Below, piece by piece: positions 41,527 through 54,543 of a stretch of DNA of 64,000 nt. Made by a program: the position numbers and the translations under genes. Source of the DNA: the human T2T-CHM13v2.0 reference genome, Homo sapiens; assembly GCF_009914755.1 (NCBI RefSeq), contig NC_060941.1. One strand, written 5' to 3'. The notes beneath the pieces were generated by a model. That model was not told the origin of the DNA. It did no database searches and worked only from the letters and a program-made list of their open reading frames with translations. Position 1 is the stretch's first letter, and every line of letters starts with the position of its first letter.

Positions 41527-44500
41527 TCCTCCTAGAATTGTAAGGGGGTTGTCTTTGCTCCATATCTTCACCAACGCCTGCTATTTTCTACTTACTTTTA
41601 GTTTTTCTGATAAGTATATGGTGATATTTCATTGTGCCTTTTACTTCTAATACTGTCTTTGCTGAGGAATTTGAAACCTTATATTTACTGGCCATTTGTA
41701 TACCCTCTTCTATGAAAGACTTTTTTCAAATATGTAGTTATTTAACCATGAGGTTGCATTTTTCCTTGTTATCAGCAGAGAATCTTTTCATATTCTGGAA
41801 ACAATTTTTTTGTGGATATATTAGCACAAATATCTTCCATTACTCTGTGGAATACCAGCTATGTCTTCTAATGGCAACTTTTTTTCAAAAGTAAAACTTA
41901 ACATTTTTAATAAAATCAAGTTGACTAATATTTTACTTTTGATATGGGTGTTTTCTAATCCTATTTAATAGTATCCTCTCAATCTAAGGTATTAGATATT
42001 CTTTTATATTAACTTCTGGATGCTTAATTTTTATCCTTTCACAATTTGATTTGCTGTAGTCTGAATTTTAGATGCGGTGTGAGGTATGGGTCAAATTTAT
42101 TTTTTTCTTATATGGATACCTTATTGTTCAGTAGCATTTATTTTAAAGACTGACCTTCACAACTGTCTCCATAACTTTTGCTGTATATCAAGTGCCTATA
42201 TGTGCATGAGTCTTAATTTTGGGTCATTTATTATCTTATTTTCACTTAACATAATATTGGTAAATTTATGTACCTTAATTCTGAATAATGCCTTATTGCC
42301 TAATAGCTGCAATTTTATAATAGCCTTGATACCTGGTAGAGCAAATTTTTCCAAGTTGTTCTTTATTCAGATGTATTTTAACTACCTTTAACTCTTCTGG
42401 TTTCTATAAATTTTTAAATCATCTTGTCATAAAGTGGGCCATGAACAAGATGGCAAAGAAGGAAGCTCTGTGCCCTTTTATCCCTACAGACACATCCAAT
42501 CAGCAACAATTCATGCAAAAATTTACATTAATGAAATGAGAAATCAATTGAAACGCTGCTTCACCTGAGGAGAATGTGAAAGCAGACTCAACAAAGCTAG
42601 TAGGAAGATTTAGGACCTGCTCCTGGATCAGTGCCATATGATCAGGAAGAGATGTCCCAACATGCCAGTTTCACTAGAGGAGGGGAGGGGAATGGGAAAA
42701 AGCATTCAACTTTTCCAAGGGACCTCCACAGAGGACTGACTTTTTTCTTGCCAATCCTGGAGCTCTGATATAATCAGCATGGTCTAGTCATCCTGGGGAG
42801 AACAGCTTGATAGATGCCCTCATCCTCTTCTCTGCCAACACACAGTAACCAGACAAATAATCCTGGCTCTCAGCTTCCCGCTGAGGTGGGGAAGGATGTG
42901 ACCCATGCATCCAGCATCACAACTTCTCCAGGGCTTCCCAAAGGTAGCTAGACTATGCTTATCAGTTTTAAAGCTCTGATGAGTCTCACATAATCTAGCT
43001 ACCTGAGTAGAAAACGTAACTTAGGCTGATAGATGCCACAGCCCAAACCCCCACTCTCTCACCTGCTTAGCACAGAGGACATGAACATAAAACACCAGTA
43101 CCTGCTTCTCCCTGTGGAGGAAAAGAATTGGGAGAAGCCCCAGGAATCTCTGGCTAGAATAATTAGTGGGAGTTTTCTCCTGTACAAATCCAGTCTATGA
43201 AGACTGAGAGAAGTACCTGCTTTGTCTAATGTGCAAACACTGAAACAGAAAGTCAAGGAAAATGAAGATTCAGGCAGACATGTTGCAAACAAAGGAAACA
43301 ATAGCTCTCCAGAAACTGACACTCATAAAGTGAAGAGATATGATTTACCTGACAAAGAATTAAAAATAACTCTTATAAAGATGCTCACTGAGGTCAAGAG
43401 AACAATGTGTGTACAAAGAGAGAATTTCAATAAAGAGAATTATTATTTTTTAAGAACTAGAAAGAATCATTCAGTGGAAGAAAAAAAAATGACCTGAAAA
43501 ATTCACTAGAGGAATTTAGTAGCAGGCTAGATCAAAGAGAAGGAAGGATCAGCAAACTCAGATAAATCACTGTAAATAATTCAAGCTGAGGATCCAAAAG
43601 GAAATAAAAGGAATGACAAAGAGTGAAGAAAGCTTAACGGAGGTATAGGACACCATCAAGCAGACCAAAATGAAGGTTATGGGAGTTTCTGAAAAAGAAT
43701 GGAGTGGGAGTGAACCAGAAAGCTTATTCCGTAATAGCTGAAAACTTTCCAAATCTGGGGCAGAAAATGTCCACCCCAAATCTAGAAGCCCAAAGAACAA
43801 CAAATAAGATGAACTTAAAGAAATACACATAGAAATACATTATAATCAAATTATCAAAAGTTCAAAACAAAAAGAGAATTTTGACAGCACCAAGAAAAAG
43901 TTAACTTGTTGCATATAAAGGGACTCCCATTAGACTATCAGTGGACTTTTCAGCAGAAACATTGCAAGCCAGTAAGGAGTAGGATGGTATATTCAAGGTG
44001 TTGGAAAAACTACCAGCCAGGAGTAGTACATTCAGTAAAACCAACATAGCACCCAGCAACACTTCTCCTTCAAAAATTAAAGAGAGATAACAGAAACTTT
44101 TTCATATAAAAGCTGAGGGATTTAATTATGCCTAGAACCACCTTACAAGAAATGCTAAAGGGAGTTCTTCAAGTAGAAAGAAAGGATGCGAACTAGTAAC
44201 AAAATAGGATAAGAAAGTATGAAACTCACTGGTGAAAATAAATATATAGACAAGTACCGAATATGGTATTATTGAAATGGTGGTGGGTAAATAATTTTCA
44301 TTCTAGTGTAAAGGACCAAAGTATTAAAAAACTACTATAACTAAGAACATGTTAAAGGTACACAATATGAAATAGATATAAATTGTGACAACATTAACAT
44401 AAAGTGTGTGTGGCAGGGGCGAAGTTAAAGTGTAGAGTTTTATACACAATTGAACTTAAGCTATTATCAGCTTAAAATAGGCTATCATAGCTATTAGATA

Positions 44501-46274
44501 CTTTATGTAAGTACAAAGTTAACCACATACCAAAAAACTATAGTAGTTACAAAAAGATAAAAAAGCAAGGAATTAAAGCATGATAGAAAATATCAAGGAA
44601 ACATAAAAGAAGGCAGTAAAAAGGATAAAAGGAGTGCAAGAATAACAGAAAACAATTATCAAAGTGGCAGTGGTAAATACTTCCCTATCAATGATTACTT
44701 CATATAAATAGCTTAAACTCTCAAATCAATAGAATGGCTGAATGAATAAAAAACAAACAAGACCCAACTATATGCTATGTACAAAGAACTCATGTCAGAT
44801 TTAAGGAAAAATAAGCTGAAAGTGAATAAATGGAAGATATATTCCATGCAAATGGTAAACAAAGGACAGCAGGAGTGGTCACATTTAAATAAGAAAAAAA
44901 TTGTCCCTAAAACCTATCACAGGAGACAAAGAAGGACATTATATGATAAAAGGTTCAGCATACCAGGAAGATATAACAATTACAGTCATATAAGCACTCA
45001 ACATCAAAACACCTAAATACATAAAACAAATGTTGACAAACTGAAGGGAAAAATACACAGCAATACAATAATAGTAGGACACTTTAATACTCCACCTTCA
45101 TAATGGACAGAACATCAAGACAGAAGATCAATAAGGAAACAGAGGACTTGAATAACACATTCAACCATGTAGACTTAAACACATGCAAAATATTTCACCA
45201 AAAAGTAGCAGAGTATGCACTGTTAATAAAAGCACACAAATCTTTCTCAAAGATAGATCATGTAGTTGTTCACAAGCGTCTTGATTTATTTTTAATTTTT
45301 AATTTGTTTGGGTAGATGACAAGTGTCTATATTTAGGGGGCACATGAGCTATTTTGGTACAGGCCTGCAATGCCTAATAATCACATCTTAGAAAATCGGG
45401 TATCCATCCCCTCAAGCACTCATAATTTGCATTATAAAAATCCAATTATACTTTCTAAATACTTTTTAAATTTACAATTAAAGTATTATTGACTATTGTC
45501 CCATTGTGTTTTCAAATACTAGGTCTTATTCATTTTATTTTTTTTTGTATCCATTAACCATCCCCACTTCCCCCACCCGCACTACTCATCCCAGCCTCTA
45601 GTAACCATCCTTCTATTCTCAATCTCCATGATCTCCATTGTTATGATTTTCAGATCTCACAGATAGGTGAGAATATGCAATGTATGTTTTTCTGTGCCTG
45701 GATTATTTTATTTAATATAATGACCTCCAGTCCCATCCATACTGTTGCAAAGGACATGATCTCATTCTTTTTTATGACTATTACTTCATTGCATACATGT
45801 ACAATATTACAATATTTTCTTTACCCATTTATCTGCTGATGAACACCTAGGTTGCTCCCAAATTTTGGCTGTTGGGAACTGTGCTGCCACAAACATGAGA
45901 GTACAGATATCTCTTTGATATACTGATTTCCTTTCTTTTCAGTATTAACCCAGAAGTAGGATTACTGGATCCTATGGTAGCTCTACTTTTAGTTTTTTGA
46001 GGAACCTCCAAACTGTTCTCTATAGTGATTGTACTAATTTATATTTCCATCAACAGTGTACAAGAGTTTCCTTTTCTCCACATCCTCACCAGCATTTGTA
46101 ATTGCCTGACTTTTGGATAAAAGCCATTTTAACTGGGGTTAGATGATATCACATTGTAGTTTTGATTTCCATTTGTCTGATAACCAATGATGTTGAACAC
46201 TTTTTCATATGACCGTTGGCCATTTGTGTGTCTTCTTTTGAAAAATATCTATTCAAGTCTTTTGCCCAATTTTA

Positions 46275-47923
46275 AAAACGTTTATTTTAGGTTCAAGGGT
46301 ACATGTGCAGGTTTGTTTTATAGGTAAACTCGTATCATGGGGGTTTGTGGTACAGATTATTTTGTCACCCAGGTACTAAGCCTAGTACCAAACAGTTATT
46401 TTTTTCTGATTCTCTCCCTTCTCCCACTATCCACTCTCAAGAGGACCAAGTGTCTGTTGTTCCCCTCTTTGTGTCCATGTGTTCTCATCATTTATCTCCC
46501 ACTTATAAGTGATAGTATGGGGTATTTAGTTTTCTTTTCCTGTTATAGTTTGCTAAGGATAATGGCCTCCAGTTCCATCGATGTTCCTGTAAAGGACATT
46601 ATCCCATTCATTTTTATGGCTGCATAGTATTCCATGGTATATATGCACCACATTTTTAATCCAATCTGCTACTGCTACTGCTGGGTATTTAGGTTGTTTC
46701 TCTGTCTTCGCTATTGTGAATAGTGTTGCAGTGAACATACGTGTGCATGTGCCTTTATAGTAGAATGTATTCTATTCCTTTGAGTATATACCCAGTAATG
46801 GGACTGCCAGGTTGAAAGGTAGCTCTGTTTTTAGCTCTTTGAGGAATCACCATGCTCCTTTCTGCAATGGCTGAACTAATTTACATCCCCACCAACAGTG
46901 TATAAGCATTCCCTTTCTCTGCAACATCAGCAGCAGCATCTGAAGGGCTATTTTAGTAATAGCCCTTCAGACTGGTTTGAGAGGCTATCTCTTTATGGTT
47001 TTGATTTACATTTCTCTAATGATCAGTGATGTTAAGCTTTTTTCCTCATAAGTTTTTTGGCCACATGTATGTCTTCTTTGGAAAAGTATCTGTTCATGTC
47101 TTTTTCCCACATTTTAATGACGTTATTTGGTTTTTTTCTTGTAAATTTGTTAAAGTTCCTTATAGATGCTGGATATTAGGCCTTTGCCAGATGCATAGTT
47201 TGCAAATATTTTCTCTCATTCTTTAGGCTGTCTGTTTACTCTGTTGGTAGTTTATTTTGCTGCGCAGAAGCTCTTAAGTTTAATTAGATCCCATGTGTCA
47301 ATTGTTGCTTTTGGTGTGATTGCTTTTGGCACCTTTGTCATGAAATCTTTGCCCATTCCTATGCCAGAATGGTATTGCCTGGGTTAGGGTGTCTTGCAGA
47401 ATTTTTAGTTTTGGGTTTTACATTTAAGTCTTTTAAATCAATCTTGAGTTGATTTCTGTAAACAGTATAAAGAAGGAGTCCAGTTTTGATCTTCTGCATA
47501 TGGCTAGTCAGACAGCCCAGCACCATTTATTGAAGAGAATTCCTTTCTCCATTGCTTGTTTTTGTCAGCTTTATTGATCAGATGGTTGTAGGTATGCAGT
47601 CTTATTTATGAGCTCTCTATTCTGTTTCATTGGTCTACATGTTTTTGTTTGTTTGTTTGTTTTTGGTATCAGTACCATGCTGTTTTGGTTACTGTAGCCC
47701 TATAGCATAGTTTGAAATTGGCTACCATATGCCTCCAGCTTTGTTCTTTTAGCTTAGGATTGCCTTGGCTATTCAGGCTCTTTTTGTTGTTGTTGTTGTT
47801 CCATGTGAATTGTAACGTAGTTTTTTGGGGTTTTTTGTTTGTTTGTTTATTTTCCTAGTTCTGTAGGAATGTCATTGGTGGTTTGATAGGAATAGCATTG
47901 AATTTGTGAATTGCTTTGGGTAG
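46275..47923 (-). mobile_element. L1PREC2/L1PA15-like 3' portion nested in the L1MA2
   Basis: cccaggtactaagcctagtaccaaacagttatttttttctgattctctcc. Confidence 0.85.
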
Positions 47924-48103
47924 TTTATTAGTCCATTCTTGCTTTGCTATAAAGAGATATCTGAAACTAGGTAATTTATAAAGAAATGAGTTTTAATTGG
48001 TTCATGATTTTGCAGGTTGTACTGTGGCTTCTGCTTCTGGGGAGGACTCAGGAAGCTTCCAGTCATAATAGAAGGCAAAGGGGACGCCAGATTCCTACAT
48101 GGC
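47924..48103 (-). mobile_element. MST (MaLR) LTR fragment
   Basis: tattagtccattcttgctttgctataaagagatatctgaaactaggtaatttataaagaaa...gcttctggggaggactcaggaagcttcc. Confidence 0.85.
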
Positions 48104-51100
48104 AATAGCTCCCTTGTATGTTATTTGTTTCTTTTTTCTTGTTGCTTCTAGGATCCCTTCTTTATCCTTGACATTTGGGAGCTCGATTATTAAAGGTCTC
48201 GGAGTAGTCTTCTTTGGGCTAAATCTGCTTTGTGTTCTATAACCTTCTAGTACTTGAATATTGGTATCTTTCTCTAAGTTTGGGAATTTCTCTTATTATC
48301 ACTTTGAGTAAATATTCTACCCTTATCTCTTCCTCTACCTTCTCTTTAAGGCCAATAACTCTTAAATTTGCTCTTATTTTGAAGATATTTTCTACATCTT
48401 CTAGGTGTGCTTTATTATTTTCTATTTTTTTCCTTCTGTCTTCTCTGTGTATTTTCAAATAGCCTGTAATCAGACTCACTAATTCTTTCTTCTGTTTGAT
48501 CAATTCTGCAATTAAGAAACTCTGATGCATTCTTCAGCATGTCCATTGCATTTATCAACTCTAATATTTGTTTGATTCTATTTATTTTAATCTCTTTGTT
48601 AAACTTATCTGATAGAATTCTGAATTCCTTCTCTTGTGTTATCTTGAATTTCATTGAGCTTCTTCAAAACATCTATTTTGAATTCCCCATCTGAAAGATC
48701 TTAAATCTCTGTTTCACCAATATTGGCCCCTGGTGCCTTATTTAGTTCATTTTGTTAGATCTTGTTTTCCTCCATGATGCTGATGCTTGTAGATGTACTT
48801 CAGTGTTGGGCATTGAAGAGTTAGGGATTTATCGTAGTCTTCACAGTGTGGGCTTGTTTGTGTCTTTCTCGGGAAGGCTTTCCAGGTATTTAAAAGGACT
48901 TATGCCCCAAGCACAATAATGTTGTGGCTTTTGCAGACTCATAGAAATACCACCTTGGTGGTCTTGGGTAAGATCTAGAGGAATTCTCTGGATAACCAGG
49001 CAAAGACTCTTGTTCTTTCCCCTTACTTTCTCCCAAACATGAAATTTCTCTCTGTGCTGAGCCACCTGAAACTGGAGATTTGTTAATGCAAATCTGTGGC
49101 TATCACCTCTGAGACTGTTCTGGGGCAGACCTGAAGCCAGCACAAAACTGGGCTTTACCAAAGTTCCTTCCCTACAGGGTGGCAAATTCCCCCAGCCCCA
49201 GAGCATGTCCAGAGATGCTGTCTGGGGACCAGGGATTGGAGTCAAGAACCTTAGCAATTTACCTGATTTTCTGATCTGCTGTAGGTAAGTTGGCACTCAA
49301 CCCACAATACAATGTTCTTCCTATTTTCCCCCCCATTTCTACAGCAGAGGAGCCTCTCATTGTGGCCACCACTACCATCAGTCCATGGGGACTTCTTACA
49401 GGCCACTGCCAATGTTTGCTTAAAGCCCAAGGTCTATTCGTCAGCTTGTGGTGAATGCTGCCAAGCCTGGGACTCACCATTCAAGTCAGTGGGCTCCCCT
49501 CTGGACCAGGGCAGGTCTAGAAATGCTGTCTAAGAGCCTAGGCCTGAACTGGAGGACCCCAAAAAGACTGTTTGTTTCTCTACCTCATTGTAGTCAAGCT
49601 GTTACCTATGCTGTGTAAGACATAGTCCTCTTTACCTTTTTTTTTTTTTTTTTTTTTTTTAAACAGAAGGAATCTTTCACCATATGCACCACAGCTGGGA
49701 ATGTTCAGGGTCTCCCCTGAAGCCAGGACATCTGAGAACCCAAGGCCCAAAGCATACTCCCTGCTTATTGCTGGTCATTATTCTGGGACCAAGGTCTCTT
49801 TAATCAGCAGGTGATAAATCCTGTCTAGACTGCATTTTTCCATTCAGTGCAGCAGGTTCCCTTTTGGCCCAGTGTGTACCTAGAAATCTCTTCCAGAAGC
49901 TAGGTCCTGGAATGGGGACCTCACAACTCTACCTGCTGCCCTATCCTACTATGTCTGAGCTGGTATCCAAGATGCAAGATAAAGTCCTCTTTACTTTTTG
50001 CTCTTCTCTCCCTTAGGAGAAGGAAAGAGTAACTGACACTGCTACAAGCTGCACTGCCTGAGGTTAGGAGAGGGATGGCAAAAGCTATCTATCTGCTATG
50101 TGCCACCTGGTGTCTCCCTGTCACATGCACCCTAGCTCTCTGGCTGTAAGCATAGCCTAGCATTAGGAGTTGCCTAGAAATTGCAGTCCTTGTGTCCTTA
50201 GATTGCCTTTTGAGTTTACCTAGGACCCCAGAGCACTTTAGCCCACAGCGGTGAGGCTTATAGAGAAACTCAAGTTCCTGTCACTGGGATGGGCAGTACC
50301 CCTTTGGCTAGGTCTGATCTAAAAGCTCTCTCCCTGCATGGGTGGTGACTGAACCCAACTTATCTCTCTTCACTGTGGCAGGGCAGCACTGAGTTCAATG
50401 TAAAGTCCTTCAGTTGTTGTGCGCTCCCTTTGCAAAGTACACAGTTTCTGTCTCCATGCTGCTACGGTTTAGGGGAGGTGTGGCATTGGCGATTTAAGAC
50501 TGTCTCTCCCACCCTCCATAATGCCTCTTTCCATGATATGAAGTTAAAACCAGGCACTATGATCGCTCACCTGATTTTTGGTTCTTGTGATGGTGGTTTT
50601 CCGTTTGCAAATAGTTGTTGAAATTTGGTGTTCCTGCAGGGAGTACAAACTGTATAAGCTTCTATTTACCATCTTGCTCTACCCCCTCCTTGACATATTT
50701 AAGAAGATTGAAATTATGACAAGTATCTTTTCTAACCACAATTTAGTGAAACTGGAAATCAATACCAGAAGGAAAACTGGAAAACTGACAAATATATGGA
50801 AACTGAACAATACATTCTTGAGCAACAATTGGACCAAAAAATAGATCAAATCAGAAATGAAGTGTTACCTAGAGACAAATTAAAACAAACAAAAAAACCC
50901 AATATACCAAAACTTAAAGGATGCAGCAAAAGCAGTAGTCAGAGAATTCATGGTGATAAACACCTACAATAAAAAACAAATCTCAAATAAGCAACCTACA
51001 TTTATACCTCAAGTAGCTAGAAAAATGGGAACAAAGAACAATGTCCAAAGCTAGCAGAAAGAAGAAAAACACAAAGATCAGAGCAGATATAAATAAAATC

Positions 51101-51721
51101 AAAAACAGAAAAATAATATACAGAAAATATCAATGAAATTAAGAGCTGGTGTTTTGAAAAGATAAAGAAAATTGGCAAACCCTTAGCTAGAGTAAGAAAA
51201 AAAGAGAGAAGACTCAAACAAATAAATTCAGAAATGAGAGAAGAGATATTACAACTGACACCCCAGCAATAAAAAAGATCATAAGGGACTACTAAGAACA
51301 ATCATACATCAACAAACTGGATAACCTAGTAGAAATATGTAAATTCCTAGAAACATATGACCTAACAAGACTAAATCATAAAAAATAGAAAGTTTCAACA
51401 GACCAATAACTAGTATGAAAACTGAATCAATAATTAAAACCTCTCAACAAAGAAAAACCCAGAACCAGGTACCTCATGGGTTAACTCTACCAAGCATAAT
51501 TGTAAAGAAACATCAATGTATTTCTATTTAATTAAATTGTTTTTATCATAAGTAGTTGTTGAATTTTGTCAAATACGTGTTCACCATCTGTGGAGGTCAT
51601 TATGAGATTCAGGATTATATGATTTTTCACTGTACATGTGTTGATATTATTATATGTACAATAAAGAGCTGGAAAGTTAAAAAAAATCAAACAAAGAATT
51701 AATGCCAATTCTCACCGAAAT

Positions 51722-52165
51722 ATTATTTTAAACGAAAATTTAAGTTCAGGGGTACATGCACAGGTTTGTTACCAGGTAAACCTGTGTCGTGGGGGTTTGT
51801 TGTACATATTATTTTATCACCCAGGTATTAAGCCTAGTACCCATTAGTTTTCTTTCTTGATCCTCTCCCTCCTCCCACCTTCAACCCTTCAATAGGCCTC
51901 AGCGTGTGTTGTTCCCATTTACATGACCATGTGTTTGCATCATTTAGCTCCCACTTGTAAGTGAGAACATGTGGTATTTGGTTTTCTGTTCCTGCATAGT
52001 TTGCTAAGGATAATGGCCTCCAGCTCCATCCATGTCCCTGCAAAGGGCATAATCTCATTCCTTTTTACGGGTGCATAATATTCCATGGTGTATATGTACC
52101 ACATTTTCCTTATACAATCTATCATTGATGGATATTTAAGTTGATTCCATGTCTTTGCTATTATA
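51722..52165 (-). mobile_element. LINE-1 3' end (L1PA13-like) nested in L1MB ORF2
   Basis: cccaggtattaagcctagtacccattagtt...gatcctctccctcctcccacc. Confidence 0.85.
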
Positions 52166-53802
52166 AAATGTTAAAAGGAATTAACATTTCCAAATTTATT
52201 TTACAAGGCCAGTATTATTCTGATACCAAAGCCAGATAAGGACACCACAAGAAAAAAACAAAAACCTACAGATCAATGTCCCTAATGAATTTACCTGCAG
52301 AAATGCTCAACAAAATGCTAAGAAACTGAGGGCAATGGTGCCATAAAAAAAGTCATACAGCATGATCAAGGGAGATGTATCAATGGGAAGCAAGGATGGT
52401 TCAATAAATAAAAATTAATTAGCATGTGATACATCACATTAACAGAATAAAGGATAAAAATTATATGACCTTAGTGGATGCAGAAAATGTGTTTGAGAAA
52501 ATTTAATATCTTCTCATGATAAAAACTCCAAACAAACTGGGAATAACAAGAAATTACCTGAGCATTTTAAAGGCTATATATGAAAAGCCTACAGCTAAAC
52601 CTTAAAGGTGAAAACCCTAAACCTTCTTTTTATGATCAAGAACAAGGCAAGGATGTTCACTCTTACCATTTCTATTCAACATTATACTATAAGTCTTAGA
52701 GAAATTAGGCAAAAGAAAAAAATCAAAAGCTCCCATGTTAGAAAGAAAGAAAAATTGTGCCTGTTTGCAGATTACATGATATATATCATGGATGTCCAAA
52801 TGCAGAAAAATGAAACCAGACCCTTATCTTCTATCATGCATAAAAAGCAACTTAAAAGCATTATAAAGGCATTACACATAAAATGTGTAAGACTCCAAAC
52901 GGTAAAACACAGAGAGAAATCTTTACAACATCAGTCTTGGCAAGATTTCATGGATAAAAAGCATAGGCAACAAAAGAAGAATAACAAGTGGGACTATATG
53001 AAACTAAAGAGCTTCTACGTAGCAAAGGAAACAATAAAAAAAAGTGAATAGGTAATCTCTAGTGTGGGAAAAAACATTTGCAACCAATATTTGATAAGTG
53101 ATTAATCTTCAAAATATGCAACTAACTCACACAACTCAGCAGTTAAAACAACAAAGAAAAAACTAACCACCCGATTTAAAAAACTGTCAAAGGATTTCAG
53201 TAGACATTTCTCCCAAGAAGGCATATGAATGACCAACTGGTAAGTGTAAAAATCCTCAATATCACTAATCATCAGAAAAAAGAAAATGAAAATCATAAAG
53301 ACATACCACATCACATCTGCTAGAATGGCTATAGTTTTTGTTGTTTTTGTTTTAAGTTGTGTTGGTCAGGATGTAGAGAAACTGGAGCTCTTGCAAACTG
53401 TTGGTAGTAATGCAAAATTACTACCAACGGTAATTAGTCCCTCCAGAAAATACTGTCAAAGTTCCTCAAAAAATAATTACCATTATTTACACAGCAATCC
53501 CATTTCTGTATATTTATCTAAAAGCATTGAAATCAGGACCTCAGAGAGATAATAGCACTCTTATGTTCATTGCAGCACCATTCACAATAGCCAATGTAAA
53601 AAAACAACTTAAATGTTCATCAACAGATGAATAGATTTTTTAAAATGTAGAACATACATAACACAAATATTAAGTGTTTAGAAAGAAGGCTAATTCTGCA
53701 ACGAGAAAAAGGATGAACCTTGAGGACAGTATACTAAGGGAAACCCACCAGACACAGAAAGATAAATACTGCATTATTCCACTTATATAAGTTATTTAAA
53801 AT

Positions 53803-54301
53803 TGTTACCAGAAAAACCAGGGATTTGGTCTAGGTTCTGCTACTCACTGCACAGAAAGCCAATCATGAAGGCTGTGAATATTGCCAGGGAAGAAGGCTTT
53901 AATTGGGTGCTGCAGCCAAGGGAATGGGCGATCAGTCTCAAATCTATCTCCCTGACCACCTAAAATCAGTGGTTTATACAGCAGGGAAGAAATGTGACTC
54001 CATGAATGAAGACAGGAATTAATAAGGAGTAAGGAAGAGAAGTTGGTCAATGGGGAGCAGGTGATAGCTTAGGCAGTCACCATGGGTGAGGAATCTGGCA
54101 TCTCATTGTCCAGATACAATGAACTGGTAAGTTTCTGTTCCTTTATACTATCTGTGAGGCCTGACGGTTGGTTTTCCGAGAAAGGAACTCGGATAAGACA
54201 AATGTAACTTTCTCAAGTTTTAACACTGGGAGAGTCAATTTCTAAGTTTATTCAAAAGAAACCACAAATGTAAGTTCCACGGGAAAATTAGGCTGGTTTT
54301 G
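53803..54301 (-). mobile_element. ERV1 (MER4-group, LTR54-like) solo LTR
   Basis: ~500 bp starting tgttacc; minus strand has a TATA-like gtataaacc and an attaaa poly-A signal; 4-bp TSD aaat (53799-53802 and 54302-54305). Confidence 0.8.
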
Positions 54302-54543
54302 AAATCATCAAATTCATAGAATCAGAGGGCAATGGTAGTTGTCAGAGCCTGGAGGGAAGGGAAATGGGGACATACTAATCAATGGGCATAAAGTTTCAGT
54401 TAAGCAAGATAAGCTCTAGAGATCTGCTGCATATTTTATATCTACAGTAAACAGTGTTGTATTGTACATTTAAAAATTGTTAAAAGGGTAAAGCTCATAT
54501 TTAGTGTTCTTACCACCATATTTTTTTAAATATATGGAGAAAG

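Larger units (their letters stand above)
40430..42428 (-). mobile_element. Degraded L1ME (host of the 12-kb L1MB insertion)
   Basis: Reverse L1 motifs (ctccatatcttcaccaac, tttactggccatttgtataccctcttctatgaa, ggtgtgaggtatgggtc); ends at aatcatcttgtc and resumes at 54544. Confidence 0.75.
45285..50689 (-). mobile_element. L1MA2-like element (3' end 45285-46274, ORF1 and 5' UTR 48104-50689) with a central deletion
   Basis: gggtatccatcccctcaagca and caaatactaggtcttattcatt in the 3' UTR; 5' terminus ccatcttgctctaccccctcc; ORF1p-like minus ORFs at 48237-48654. Confidence 0.85.
42429..54543 (+). mobile_element. Originally full-length LINE-1 (L1MB1/2-like) carrying nested insertions
   Basis: 5' caagatggc start, ORF1 ~43.2-44.2 kb, ORF2 in pieces (44.65-45.28, 50.69-53.8 kb), 3' UTR 54.3-54.53 kb; TSD aatcat(c/t)ttgtc at 42417-42428 and 54544-54555. 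Confidence 0.85.

Noticed and set aside
48841-49296. 151-aa minus-strand ORF, the longest in the track
   Set aside because: Lies wholly within the L1MA 5' UTR region and has no recognisable protein features
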